A DNA stretch of 40,596 bases from Candidatus Eiseniibacteriota bacterium. Lineage in GTDB: Bacteria; Eisenbacteria; RBG-16-71-46; SZUA-252. The notes beneath the pieces were generated by a model. The model was given only the letters and a program-made list of their open reading frames with translations, had not been told where the DNA came from and searched no databases. Of the stretch, positions 7,763 to 17,734 are shown in pieces; positions within the stretch are counted from its first letter, which is position 1; every line of letters begins with the position of its first letter. The DNA lies in assembly GCA_043741515.1 (NCBI GenBank), contig JAYUAE010000201.1:1-40596 (forward strand), in the 5' to 3' direction. Both the position numbers and the translations under genes were made by a program.

Positions 7763-9052
7763 ATGACGCGAATTCGCCCGCTGCTCCTTCCGCTCGCCGG
7801 TCTCACCCTCGCGTTTGCCCTCTGGGGCTGCGCCGGCTCTTCCGGCGGCAAGACCGACGGGGCGCGCGGGCCCAAGGTCTGGAGGCCTTCCACGCCGGAC
7901 GCCGCGGGTCCCACGCTCGCGCGGGTGGGCGGGCGGCGCATCACGCGGCTCGACGTGGACTCGATTCTCGCGACCGCCCCCGCGTCGATCAAGGACGAAT
8001 ACCTTCAAGACCCGGAGCAGTACAAGCTGCTCGTGGAGCGGATCGCGCAGCAGGAGGCCATCTATCTCGCGGCCCGGAGGGACGGGATCGATCACGACTC
8101 CCTCTACCTCGCGGACGTCGCCATCCAGCAGCGCCAGCTGCTCATGAAGCGCTACTACCAGAAGACCGTGGCCGCCTTGCCTCACATGAGCGACGACGAG
8201 GTGCGGCAGTACTACGATGCCCACCCCTCGGAGTTCTCCATGCCGGCGCGGGTCCGCGTGCGGCACATCCAGGTGCCGACTCTGGCGAGGGCCCGCGAGG
8301 TCTCGAGGCAGCTCCATTCCAGCTCATGGGATAACGTGAGCGCGCGCTTCTCCACGGACAAGGTGACGGCGAAGACCGGCGGGCTCATCGGCTTCGTGAC
8401 TTCGGACGGCGACCAGGTGCCGGGCGTGGGAAAAGCCCCCGCCATCGTCGCCGCGGCGTTCAAGCTCAAGGAAGGGGAATCCAGCGCCCCCCTGAAGAGC
8501 GAGCGCGCCTGGCACATCATCCGCGTCGACGAGAAGGTGGAGGCCGGCCCCCAGCCCTTCGCCAACGTCAGGCAGGAGATCCGCGGCCGCTTGGAGGGTT
8601 CGCGGAGCGAGCACTTCCAGGAGACCCTGATCGATTCGCTGAAAAAGGTGTATGGCGTGGTCGTGTATGAGGACTCGATCGACGTTGCCATGAAGCCGGT
8701 GCTGACCCCCGCGGAGCTCTTCGCGAAGGCGCAAGCGGTCCCTTCGCCTCAGGAACGGATCGAGCTGTTCCGGCAGGTTGTTTCGCGGTATCCCAACGAC
8801 AAGTCCGCGGTCCAGGCGGCCTTCATGGTCGGCTTCACGTACGCCGAGGAGATGGGCGACTATCCCAAAGCGAGAACGGCCTTCCAGGACTTCCTCCGCA
8901 AGTATCCGAAATCCGATCTGGTCGTATCGGCGAACTGGATGCTGGATAACATGGAGCACTCGGCACCGCCCCCCGAGGTCGGCCTGCCCGACAGCCTGAA
9001 AATCGAGACGAAGTCTTCCGGCGGGCCCAAGGGAACGAATTCCAAGCCATGA
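7763..9052 (+). CDS. Lipoprotein with a PpiC/parvulin-type peptidyl-prolyl isomerase domain and a C-terminal YbgF/BamD-like TPR segment
   Basis: Signal peptide plus lipobox MTRIRPLLLPLAGLTLAFALWGC. Parvulin core VRVRHIQV...GGLIGFVT...AWHIIRVDEK. C-terminal RYPNDKSAVQAAFMVGFTYAEEMGDYPKARTAFQDFLRKYPKSD. An alternative ATG at 7739 overlaps the rplI stop. Confidence 0.8.
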   Translation: MTRIRPLLLPLAGLTLAFALWGCAGSSGGKTDGARGPKVWRPSTPDAAGPTLARVGGRRITRLDVDSILATAPASIKDEYLQDPEQYKLLVERIAQQEAIYLAARRDGIDHDSLYLADVAIQQRQLLMKRYYQKTVAALPHMSDDEVRQYYDAHPSEFSMPARVRVRHIQVPTLARAREVSRQLHSSSWDNVSARFSTDKVTAKTGGLIGFVTSDGDQVPGVGKAPAIVAAAFKLKEGESSAPLKSERAWHIIRVDEKVEAGPQPFANVRQEIRGRLEGSRSEHFQETLIDSLKKVYGVVVYEDSIDVAMKPVLTPAELFAKAQAVPSPQERIELFRQVVSRYPNDKSAVQAAFMVGFTYAEEMGDYPKARTAFQDFLRKYPKSDLVVSANWMLDNMEHSAPPPEVGLPDSLKIETKSSGGPKGTNSKP

Positions 9053-9564
9053 GCATGATCCCGGTCCGCGTGGGCGGCCTCGCGATCGACGAGCGCACCA
9101 AGAGCCCGGTCGTCCTCCTGCAAGAGATCGAGGGCACCCGGGTCCTCCCCATCTGGATCGGTCCGATGGAGGCCAGCGCGATCCACATGGAGCTTCTCGG
9201 CAAGAAGTATCAGCGGCCCCTGACGCATGATCTCATGATCAACATCATGGAAGGGCTGAACGCGAAGGTGTCCCGCGTGGTCATCACCGATCTCAAGGAC
9301 AGCACGTTCTTCGCCAACATCTACGTGGACGGCGGCTCCGGCGCCGTCGCGATCGACGCCCGCCCCAGCGATTCCATCGCAATCGCGCTGCGTTCGCGGG
9401 CCCCCATCTTCATCATGGACAAGCTGTTCGAGAAATCGGTCGCCGAGAACATCGTGCCCCCCAAGAGCGAGCGGACCCCCGAGGAGAAGGCCGAGGAGCT
9501 GCGGCGGTACCTCGAGGGGCTCAATCCGGAAGATTTCGGCAAATTCAATCCCGAGGAGATATAG
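9049..9564 (+). CDS. Bifunctional nuclease family protein (DUF151/BFN)
   Basis: PVVLLQEIEGTRVLPIWIGPMEASAI...RPLTHDL...DARPSDSIAIALR is the BFN signature. ATG overlaps the upstream stop (ATGA). Confidence 0.8.
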   Translation: MSMIPVRVGGLAIDERTKSPVVLLQEIEGTRVLPIWIGPMEASAIHMELLGKKYQRPLTHDLMINIMEGLNAKVSRVVITDLKDSTFFANIYVDGGSGAVAIDARPSDSIAIALRSRAPIFIMDKLFEKSVAENIVPPKSERTPEEKAEELRRYLEGLNPEDFGKFNPEEI

Positions 9565-9576
9565 ACTCCCGCGCCT

Positions 9577-10110
9577 ATGAGCCTGCCCCTCATCGCGCCG
9601 TTCCAGGGACACGCCCCCCGCATCCCGGCTTCCGCATTCGTCGCGCCCACGGTCACCATCGTGGGGGACGTCGTCGTGGGTGAGGAGTCGAGCGTCTGGT
9701 ACGGCACGGTCATTCGCGGGGATGTCGGCTCGATCCGGATCGGGCGCCGGACCAATATCCAGGATTGCTGCATCCTTCATACGAGCCGGGGCGGCCCTCC
9801 GGTCGACGTGGGCGATGAGGTGACGGTGGGGCACCGCGTGATCCTGCACGGGGCGAAGGTCGAGGATCGCTGCCTCGTTGGAATGGGCTCCATCCTGCTC
9901 GACGGCTGCGTGATCGGAGCCGAGTCGCTCGTGGGCGCCGGGAGCGTGGTGCTCGAAGGCACGCGCGTCCCGCCGCGATCCTTCATCGCGGGCGTGCCCG
10001 CCCGGGTCAAGGGCCCCATCCCGGAGGCGATCCATGCGCGCCTCCTCGAGTCGGCGGAGGGCTACGTCCGCCTGGCCCGCGAACACGCCGCCGTGCGCGA
10101 TGCGGGCTGA
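9577..10110 (+). CDS. Gamma-carbonic-anhydrase-like / hexapeptide-repeat (LbH) protein
   Basis: VAPTVTIVGDVVVGEESSVWYGTVIRGDVGSIRIGRRTNIQDCCILH followed by VTVGHRVILHGAKVED. Confidence 0.85.
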   Translation: MSLPLIAPFQGHAPRIPASAFVAPTVTIVGDVVVGEESSVWYGTVIRGDVGSIRIGRRTNIQDCCILHTSRGGPPVDVGDEVTVGHRVILHGAKVEDRCLVGMGSILLDGCVIGAESLVGAGSVVLEGTRVPPRSFIAGVPARVKGPIPEAIHARLLESAEGYVRLAREHAAVRDAG

Positions 10111-11530
10111 CGCGCCGGCGGCGCGCCGCGAGCTCGGACTCGGCGTCGCGCTCGCGCTCTGCGCCGTCGCGCTCCTCGCGAGCGGCGCCCTGTGCCCGCC
10201 CGGCTCCGCGGATCCACTTACGGAGAAGAGCTACCCTCCGAACAAGGCGGCGGAGCTCAAGGCGCGCCTCCTCGACCTTCCCTCCTCGACCGAGGCGGCC
10301 TCCTGGGCGTCGCAGTACGTGCGGCAGTCCGAGCTCAACCGGCTCGAGCCGATCGCCGGGGCCGCGGAACGGATCTGGGCCGCGCGCACCGGTCTCGCCG
10401 CGGGAGCGCACGGGGACGACGAGAAGGCTCTGCGCCGGATCCTCCAATCGTTCGAGTCCTGTCCGCTGGATTCGCTCGCGCTCCGCCGGGCCGCGACCGG
10501 GCTCGCGCGCATCGGCGTCGTGATCCCGCTCACCGGCCGCTTCGACCGCTACGGAAAGACCTTCGCGCAGGGATTGAGGGTCGCGGTCGATGAGCACAAT
10601 CGCTCCTCGGCGCCGAATATTTCCCTGATCCTCTACGATTCGGAAGGAGATCCCCTCGTGGGAGCGCGGAAGGCGCGCTGGCTCCTGCGCGACCATGGCG
10701 TCTCGGTCCTCATCGGCGAGCTCTTCAGCGCGAATACGGCGCCGCTCGCAGCGGCGAGCCAGGTGGTGGGCGCCGTGCTCATCTCCCCCTCGGCCACGAA
10801 CGAGAGGCTCGCGAGCCTGGGGGACGGAGTCTTCCAGCTCCACCTCGGAAGCTCGGTCCTGGCGGAAGCGCTCGCGCACGCGCTGGTCCAGGAAGCCCCC
10901 AAGAGCGCGGTCGGAATCCTGGTCTCCAGCGCCGCCGAAGACTCCGCGAGAGCCGCCGCGGTGGACGTCTCGTGCCGGAGCGCCGGTCTCAGCGTGGTTG
11001 GGAAGGAGGTCGTGCCGGAAACGGCCGTCGATCTCACGCGGGCCATCGGCTCCCTTCGTGACAAGCACGCGACGGCCATCGTTCTCGTGATGTCGCCCCG
11101 CCAGTCCGCGATCGCCGCCGCCCAGCTCCCGAGCGGGCTCAGGGTCTGCGGTTTCGACGCGCTCGATCCCTCGGGTCTCAACGCGGAGGCGAGGACGGCG
11201 CTCGAGGGGGCGACCTACGTTTCGGCCGATTACGTCCTGACCGGCGCGCCGCGGGATTCCTTCGAGACGCGCTATCAGGGCGCCTACGGAGAGCTGCCGA
11301 CGCGGATGTCGGTCCGGGGCTACCTCGTCGGGCTCGCGGTGATGCGCGGCATCGAGCGGGGAAGCCTGAACGCGTCCATGCTCCGGGAGGCGCTGCGATC
11401 CGAGGTCTACGAAAGCGTGGAGGGGCGGGCTCTTCGAGCCCTCCGTCCGCTCATTCCGGCCGAGCCCGAGCGGTACGTGATCCGGTCGGGAAAGGCGGTG
11501 CCGGTGCTCCCGTTCCCGCTAGCCCCTTGA
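10100..11530 (+). CDS. Secreted type-1 periplasmic-binding-fold protein (Peripla_BP_6 / LppC-LpoA-like) with an N-terminal helical extension
   Basis: Signal-like LGLGVALALCAVALLASGAL. IGVVIPLTGRFDRYGKTFAQGLRVAVDEHN and LYDSEGDP..A...LLRDHGVSVLIGELFS are PBP1 hallmarks. ATG at 10100 overlaps the previous gene by 11 nt. Confidence 0.65.
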   Translation: MRADAPAARRELGLGVALALCAVALLASGALCPPGSADPLTEKSYPPNKAAELKARLLDLPSSTEAASWASQYVRQSELNRLEPIAGAAERIWAARTGLAAGAHGDDEKALRRILQSFESCPLDSLALRRAATGLARIGVVIPLTGRFDRYGKTFAQGLRVAVDEHNRSSAPNISLILYDSEGDPLVGARKARWLLRDHGVSVLIGELFSANTAPLAAASQVVGAVLISPSATNERLASLGDGVFQLHLGSSVLAEALAHALVQEAPKSAVGILVSSAAEDSARAAAVDVSCRSAGLSVVGKEVVPETAVDLTRAIGSLRDKHATAIVLVMSPRQSAIAAAQLPSGLRVCGFDALDPSGLNAEARTALEGATYVSADYVLTGAPRDSFETRYQGAYGELPTRMSVRGYLVGLAVMRGIERGSLNASMLREALRSEVYESVEGRALRALRPLIPAEPERYVIRSGKAVPVLPFPLAP

Positions 11531-11619
11531 AAGCGGTGCCCGTCCTGGGCTAGGGTGGCGCGCGGTCCCGCATGGAAAATTACTTTGAATACAGACACTT
11601 ACGCCTCGGAGGCTCGCCC

Positions 11620-12810
11620 ATGATCCGGATCCCCAGGGTCGCACTGCCGCTCCTCACCATCGCCCTGTTCGCGGCGCTCACCGGCTGCGCCAAGCGCGAA
11701 GCCGAGATCAAGGTCGGAGAGTTCGGCTCGCTGACCGGATCCACGGCTACGTTTGGCATCTCGTCCAAGAACGGCATCGAGCTCTTCGTGGACAACCTGA
11801 ACGCGCAGGGCGGGATCGGCGGGAAGAAGATCCACATCCTGGTCGAGGACGATCAGAGCAAGCCCGAGGAAGCCGCGACCGCGGTGAACAAGCTCATCGC
11901 GCAGGACGGAGTGGTGGCGGTCCTGGGCGAGGTTGCGAGCAGCAGGAGCCTGGCCGCCGCGCCGATCTGCCAGAGCGCCGGCGTCCCGATGATCAGTCCG
12001 TCCTCCACGAATCCCAAGGTCACCGAGATCGGGGACGACATCTTCCGCGTCTGCTACATCGATCCCTTCCAGGGGCTCGTGATCGCGAAGTTCGCCAGGA
12101 ACACGCTCCACTTCTCGAAGGCGGCAATCTTCCGCGACAACAAGAACGACTACAGCGTGGGGCTGGCCAACTTCTTCTCCGAGCCCTTCCGCGGCATGGG
12201 CGGCACGATCGTGTCGGACGAGGCCTACAGCGAAGGAGACCAGGACTTCAAGGCGCAGCTGACGGTGATCAAGAGCAAGAAGCCGGAATTCCTCTTCATC
12301 CCCGGCTACTACACCGAGGTCGGCCTGATCGCGAGGCAGGCGCGCGAGCTGGGCATCACGGTTCCCATGCTGGGGGGCGACGGCTGGACGTCCGACAAGC
12401 TGCTGGAGATCGCGCAGGACGCGCTGAACGGCTCCTACTTCGTGAACCACTACTGGGAGAAGGATCCCAATCCTGCCGTGCAGACCTTCGTGCAGAACTA
12501 CCGCAAGCGGTACAACGCGACCCCCGACGGGCTCGCGGCGCTGGCCTACGACGCCGCGGGCGTGCTCGCGCACGCGATGCAGGAGCTCCACACGCAGGAT
12601 CCCAAGGCGTTCGAGACGCTCTCCGGACCGCCGAACGCGGATCAGAAGGCTGCACGCGCCAAGCTGCGCGACCTGCTCGCCGCGACCCGCGATTTTGCGG
12701 GGGTGACGGGCCGGATCTCGCTGGACGAGCACCGCAACGCCGTCAAGCCCGCGGTCTTCCTGGGGATCGAGAACGGGGCGTACAAGTTCGTCGCGACGGT
12801 CGAGCCCTAG
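11620..12810 (+). CDS. Branched-chain amino acid ABC transporter substrate-binding lipoprotein (LivJ/K family)
   Basis: MIRIPRVALPLLTIALFAALTGC lipobox. IKVGEFGSLTGSTATFGISSKNGIELFVDNLNAQGGIGGKKIHILVEDDQSKPEEA. GGAGG lies 6 nt before the ATG at 11620. Confidence 0.85.
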   Translation: MIRIPRVALPLLTIALFAALTGCAKREAEIKVGEFGSLTGSTATFGISSKNGIELFVDNLNAQGGIGGKKIHILVEDDQSKPEEAATAVNKLIAQDGVVAVLGEVASSRSLAAAPICQSAGVPMISPSSTNPKVTEIGDDIFRVCYIDPFQGLVIAKFARNTLHFSKAAIFRDNKNDYSVGLANFFSEPFRGMGGTIVSDEAYSEGDQDFKAQLTVIKSKKPEFLFIPGYYTEVGLIARQARELGITVPMLGGDGWTSDKLLEIAQDALNGSYFVNHYWEKDPNPAVQTFVQNYRKRYNATPDGLAALAYDAAGVLAHAMQELHTQDPKAFETLSGPPNADQKAARAKLRDLLAATRDFAGVTGRISLDEHRNAVKPAVFLGIENGAYKFVATVEP

Positions 12811-12837
12811 CGGCGGATCGAGGACCTCCGGCCGCCC

Positions 12838-13742
12838 GTGCAGGAGTTTTTCCAGCAGCTCGCGAACGGCATCGCCTGGGGCAGCATCTATGCCCTGATC
12901 GCGCTCGGCTACACCATGGTGTACGGCATTCTGCGCCTCATCAACTTCGCGCACGGTGACGTGTACATGGTGGGCGCCTTCGCCGCCTACTACCTGGCCC
13001 GCGCGCTCGGCGTCGGCCATGTGGCCAGCGCCTCGCCGCTCATGGCGGCTCTGGTGCTCCTGGGCTCAATGGTCGTCTGCGCCGCGCTGGGGGTCCTGAT
13101 CGAGCTTCTCGCCTACCGCCCGGTCCGCAAGTCCTCGCGCATCACCGCGCTCATCACCGCCATCGGCGTCTCGCTCTTCCTCGAGAACGCGGGCATCCTG
13201 ATCTTCGGCGCGGATCCCAAGTTCTTCCCGCAAGTCATCGCGCCGCGCACGATCCGCCTCGCGGAGGGCGTGCTCGTCACCAACCACCAGATCATGGTGG
13301 TCCTCGTGGCGTTCGTCCTGATGGTGGCGCTCACGCTGTTCATCCAGCGGACCCGCACGGGTAAGGCGATGCGCGCGGTCGCGTTCAACCGGGACGCGGC
13401 GAGTCTCATGGGGATCCCGGTCGACCGCATCATCACGATCACGTTCGCCATCGGCTCGGCCCTCGCGGCCGCGGCGGGGTTCCTGGTGGGACTCACCAAT
13501 CCCAAGATCGAGCCTTTGATGGGGATCATGCCGGGGATCAAGGCCTTCGTGGCGGCGGTGCTCGGCGGAATCGGTAGCATTCCGGGCGCCGTGATCGGCG
13601 GGCTCCTCATGGGCATCTCGGAATACATGGTCGTCGGGTACATCTCCTCGACCTACCGGGACGCGATCGCGTTCGTCATCCTCATCGTCGTGCTCCTCAT
13701 CCGGCCCGCGGGGCTCCTGGGACGCAACGTGACGGAGAAGGT

Positions 13743-13746
<4 letters not shown>
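12838..13746 (+). CDS. livH: Branched-chain amino acid ABC transporter permease LivH
   Basis: FFQQLANGIAWGSIYALIALGYTMVYGILRLINFAHGDVYMVGAF is the canonical LivH N-terminus. Confidence 0.9.
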
Positions 13747-14728
<982 letters not shown>

Positions 14729-14732
<4 letters not shown>

Positions 14733-15499
14733 GCGATCCGCTCCTCTCCCTACGAGGACTCTCGGTCGCGTTCGGAGGGCTCAAGGCCGTGTCCGGCCTC
14801 GACTATGATCTGCCGCGAGGCGCGCTCGGGGGCCTGATCGGGCCCAACGGGGCGGGGAAGACCACGGTCTTCAATGTCATCACGGGGGTCTATCGTCCCA
14901 CCTCGGGCACGATCCTTCTCGAGGGAAAGCCCATCCAGGGCCGGGCCACCAATGTCATCGCCGGCCGCGGCGTGGCGCGGACGTTCCAGAATCCCCGTCT
15001 CTTCTCGGACCTGAGCTGCCTCGACAACGTCCGGATCGCCTGCCACCTGCACGGAGCCTCGGCGCTCGCCGACAGCATCCTGGGCACCTCGCGCTCGAGG
15101 CACGAGGAACAGGGCATTGTGGAGCGCTCGGAGCAGCTCCTCGAGGCCTTCGGGCTCACGAAGTACCGTGACAGCGAGGCTCGGTCGCTTCCGTATGGCG
15201 AGCAGCGGCGGCTCGAGATCGCCCGCACGCTCGCGACCGAGCCCAAGCTCCTCCTCCTGGACGAGCCTGCCGCGGGCATGAACGCCTCGGAGTCGGAGGC
15301 GCTGATGCGCCTCATCCGGGACATCCGCGAGCGCTACCATCTGACGGTGCTCCTGATCGAGCACGACATGAAGGTCGTGATGGGGATCTGCGAGAGGATC
15401 GCGGTGCTCGATTACGGGGTCAAGATCGCCGAGGGGGTTCCCGAGCAGATCCGCCGTGATCCCAAGGTGATCGAAGCCTACCTGGGCGAGGAGCCATGA
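14729..15499 (+). CDS. livG: Branched-chain amino acid ABC transporter ATP-binding protein LivG
   Basis: GLIGPNGAGKTTVFN (Walker A), LPYGEQRRLEIAR and LLLLDEPAAGMN. ATG overlaps the livM stop (ATGA). The 577-aa track ORF is a frame run-on. Confidence 0.9.
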
Positions 15500-16212
15500 G
15501 CCTCCTCACACTGACGGATCTCCATGTGCACTACGGCGCGATCCACGCGCTCAAGGGGGTCTCGATCTCCGTGGAGGAGGGGGGGATCGTGACGCTCGTC
15601 GGGGCCAACGGCGCCGGCAAGAGCACCACCCTCCGCGCCATCTCGGGGCTGATCCAGCCGAGCCGCGGAGAGATCCGGTTCCGCGGAGCGTCGCTCCAGG
15701 GGATGAAGGCCCACAAGATCGTGCGGGCGGGGCTCTCCCACGTTCCGGAGGGTCGCATCGTATTCGCCAACCTCACGGTGCTCGAGAACCTCGAGATGGG
15801 CGCCTATCTGCGGCGGGACGGCGTCGGGATCGCCGCGGACTTGAAGAAGATCTTCAAGCTCTTCCCGAGGCTGGAGGAGCGACGGCGGCAGGCCGCGGGC
15901 ACCCTGAGCGGCGGGGAGCAGCAGATGCTCGCCATCGGGCGCGCGCTCATGGCGCGGCCCAAGCTCCTCCTCATGGACGAGCCCTCGCTGGGGCTGGCCC
16001 CGATCCTGGTCCGGGAGATCTTCTCTGTGATACGAGAAATCCGCTCGCAGGGAATGACGATCGTGCTCGTGGAGCAGAACGCGCGCATGGCGCTCGCGAC
16101 CGCCGATTTCGGCTACGTGCTCGAGACCGGATCGGTGCGCATGGCCGACCGGGCCCAGGCGCTGCTCGAGTCGCCCGAAGTGCAGGCGGCCTACCTGGGA
16201 GGCGCCGCATGA
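15496..16212 (+). CDS. livF: Branched-chain amino acid ABC transporter ATP-binding protein LivF
   Basis: LVGANGAGKSTTLRAISG, LSGGEQQMLAIGRAL and LLLMDEPSLGLAP. Confidence 0.9.
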   Translation: MSLLTLTDLHVHYGAIHALKGVSISVEEGGIVTLVGANGAGKSTTLRAISGLIQPSRGEIRFRGASLQGMKAHKIVRAGLSHVPEGRIVFANLTVLENLEMGAYLRRDGVGIAADLKKIFKLFPRLEERRRQAAGTLSGGEQQMLAIGRALMARPKLLLMDEPSLGLAPILVREIFSVIREIRSQGMTIVLVEQNARMALATADFGYVLETGSVRMADRAQALLESPEVQAAYLGGAA

Positions 16213-17675
16213 GCCCGGGGAAGAAGCGCGTGAGAGGCTCCGCGCGGGGGCCCGCCCGGAAGCCGGCCCGGGAGGCCGCGCTCCGCTCCCTCCCTTCCGT
16301 CGGGTCGCTCCTCGAGTCGCCCGAGCTCTCCTCGTATCAGGGGAGGGCGCCTCATGCGGTCCTGGCCGCGGCCGCCCGCGAGGCCATCGCGGCCGCGCGC
16401 GCCGCTCTGGGGAACGGGCGCCCCGGGAAGGGGGCCGAAGCTCCGGCCCTGGGCGCGATCCTGCGCGACGCCGTGAAGCGCGTGGAGCTGGAGCTTAGTC
16501 CGGCTCCGCTTCCCGTGATCAACGCCACCGGGATCGTGCTCCACACCAACCTCGGCAGGGCCGTGCTCGCCGAAGCTGCGGTAGAGGCCGTGGCGGAGAC
16601 CGCGCGGCGGTACACGGATCTCGAGCTGGTCTTGAGCACGGGCTCGCGCGGGTCGCGGATGGCCCACGCGGAGCCCATCCTGACCGAGCTTCTGGGCGCC
16701 GAGGCGGCGCTGGTCGTGAACAACAACGCCGCCGCGATGCTTCTCGCGCTCAACACGTTCTCGCTCGGGAAGGAGGCGGTGGTCTCGCGCGGCCAGCTGG
16801 TCGAGATCGGGGGGAGCTTCCGGATCCCCGAGATCTTGCAGCAGGCGGGCGCCGTGCTCCGCGAGGTTGGGACCACGAACAAGACGCGGCTCCGGGATTA
16901 CGAGCGCGCGATCGGCCCCAAGACCGGGCTCCTTCTCCGCGTGCATCCGAGCAATTTCGCGATGGTCGGGTTCACCGAGGAGGTGACGCGGGAGGATCTG
17001 GTGGCCCTGGCCCGGAAGAAGCGACTGCCGCTCGTCGAGGACATCGGAAGCGGCGCGCTCATCGATTTCACGCGCTGGGGGCTCCCGGCCGAGCCGACCG
17101 CGCGCGAGGCGCTCGCGCAGGGTGTCCCCCTCGTGTGCATGAGCGGCGACAAGCTCCTGGGCGGGCCCCAGGCGGGAATCCTCGCGGGCAAGCGGAAGCT
17201 CATCCAGGCGCTCCGCGCGAATCCCATGTCGCGCGCGGTGCGCATGGACAAGCTCACGCTGGCGGCGCTCGTGGCCACGCTCCGCCTCTACCGCGATCCC
17301 GGCAAGGCCGCGGCCGAGATCCCCACGCTTCGCATGCTCGGCGAGCCCGCGGAGAGCGTCCGATCGCGGGCGGAGGAAATTCTTCGCTCCATCGGAGCGG
17401 ATCGGGCTTCTCAGCGCCGCGCGGAGGTGGTAGCCTGCACCACCGAAGTGGGCGGGGGCTCGATGCCGCTCGCCCGCGTTCCCTCGTACGCCCTTGCGCT
17501 CCGTCCCGCGCGGGGGAAGGTCGAGGATCTAGCCCGGTCGCTCCGCACCGGCCCCGATCCGGTGATCGGCAGGATCGAGTCGGGCCGGCTCCTTTTGGAT
17601 CTCCGCACCGTGCAACGCAACGAGCACGAGAGGCTCGTCGCTTCGGTCGTACGTGCGATCGAGGAGGAACCCTGA
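16209..17675 (+). CDS. selA: L-seryl-tRNA(Sec) selenium transferase
   Basis: PVINATGIVLHTNLGRA, VVSRGQLVEIGGSFRIPEILQQAGAVLREVGTTNKT and MSGDKLLGGPQAGI (PLP-lysine motif). ATG overlaps the livF stop (ATGA at 16209-16212). Confidence 0.85.
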   Translation: MSPGKKRVRGSARGPARKPAREAALRSLPSVGSLLESPELSSYQGRAPHAVLAAAAREAIAAARAALGNGRPGKGAEAPALGAILRDAVKRVELELSPAPLPVINATGIVLHTNLGRAVLAEAAVEAVAETARRYTDLELVLSTGSRGSRMAHAEPILTELLGAEAALVVNNNAAAMLLALNTFSLGKEAVVSRGQLVEIGGSFRIPEILQQAGAVLREVGTTNKTRLRDYERAIGPKTGLLLRVHPSNFAMVGFTEEVTREDLVALARKKRLPLVEDIGSGALIDFTRWGLPAEPTAREALAQGVPLVCMSGDKLLGGPQAGILAGKRKLIQALRANPMSRAVRMDKLTLAALVATLRLYRDPGKAAAEIPTLRMLGEPAESVRSRAEEILRSIGADRASQRRAEVVACTTEVGGGSMPLARVPSYALALRPARGKVEDLARSLRTGPDPVIGRIESGRLLLDLRTVQRNEHERLVASVVRAIEEEP

Positions 17676-17734
17676 CGCCGTCAAGCGATCTGGAAGTCGA
17701 GAGATATTCCGACCCCCAAAGCTTTGCGCGGGAG

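Noticed and set aside
11527-11619. Candidate promoter (TTGAAA / TTGAAT hexamers) upstream of livJ
   Set aside because: No acceptable -10 hexamer at 16-18 nt spacing from either -35-like hexamer.
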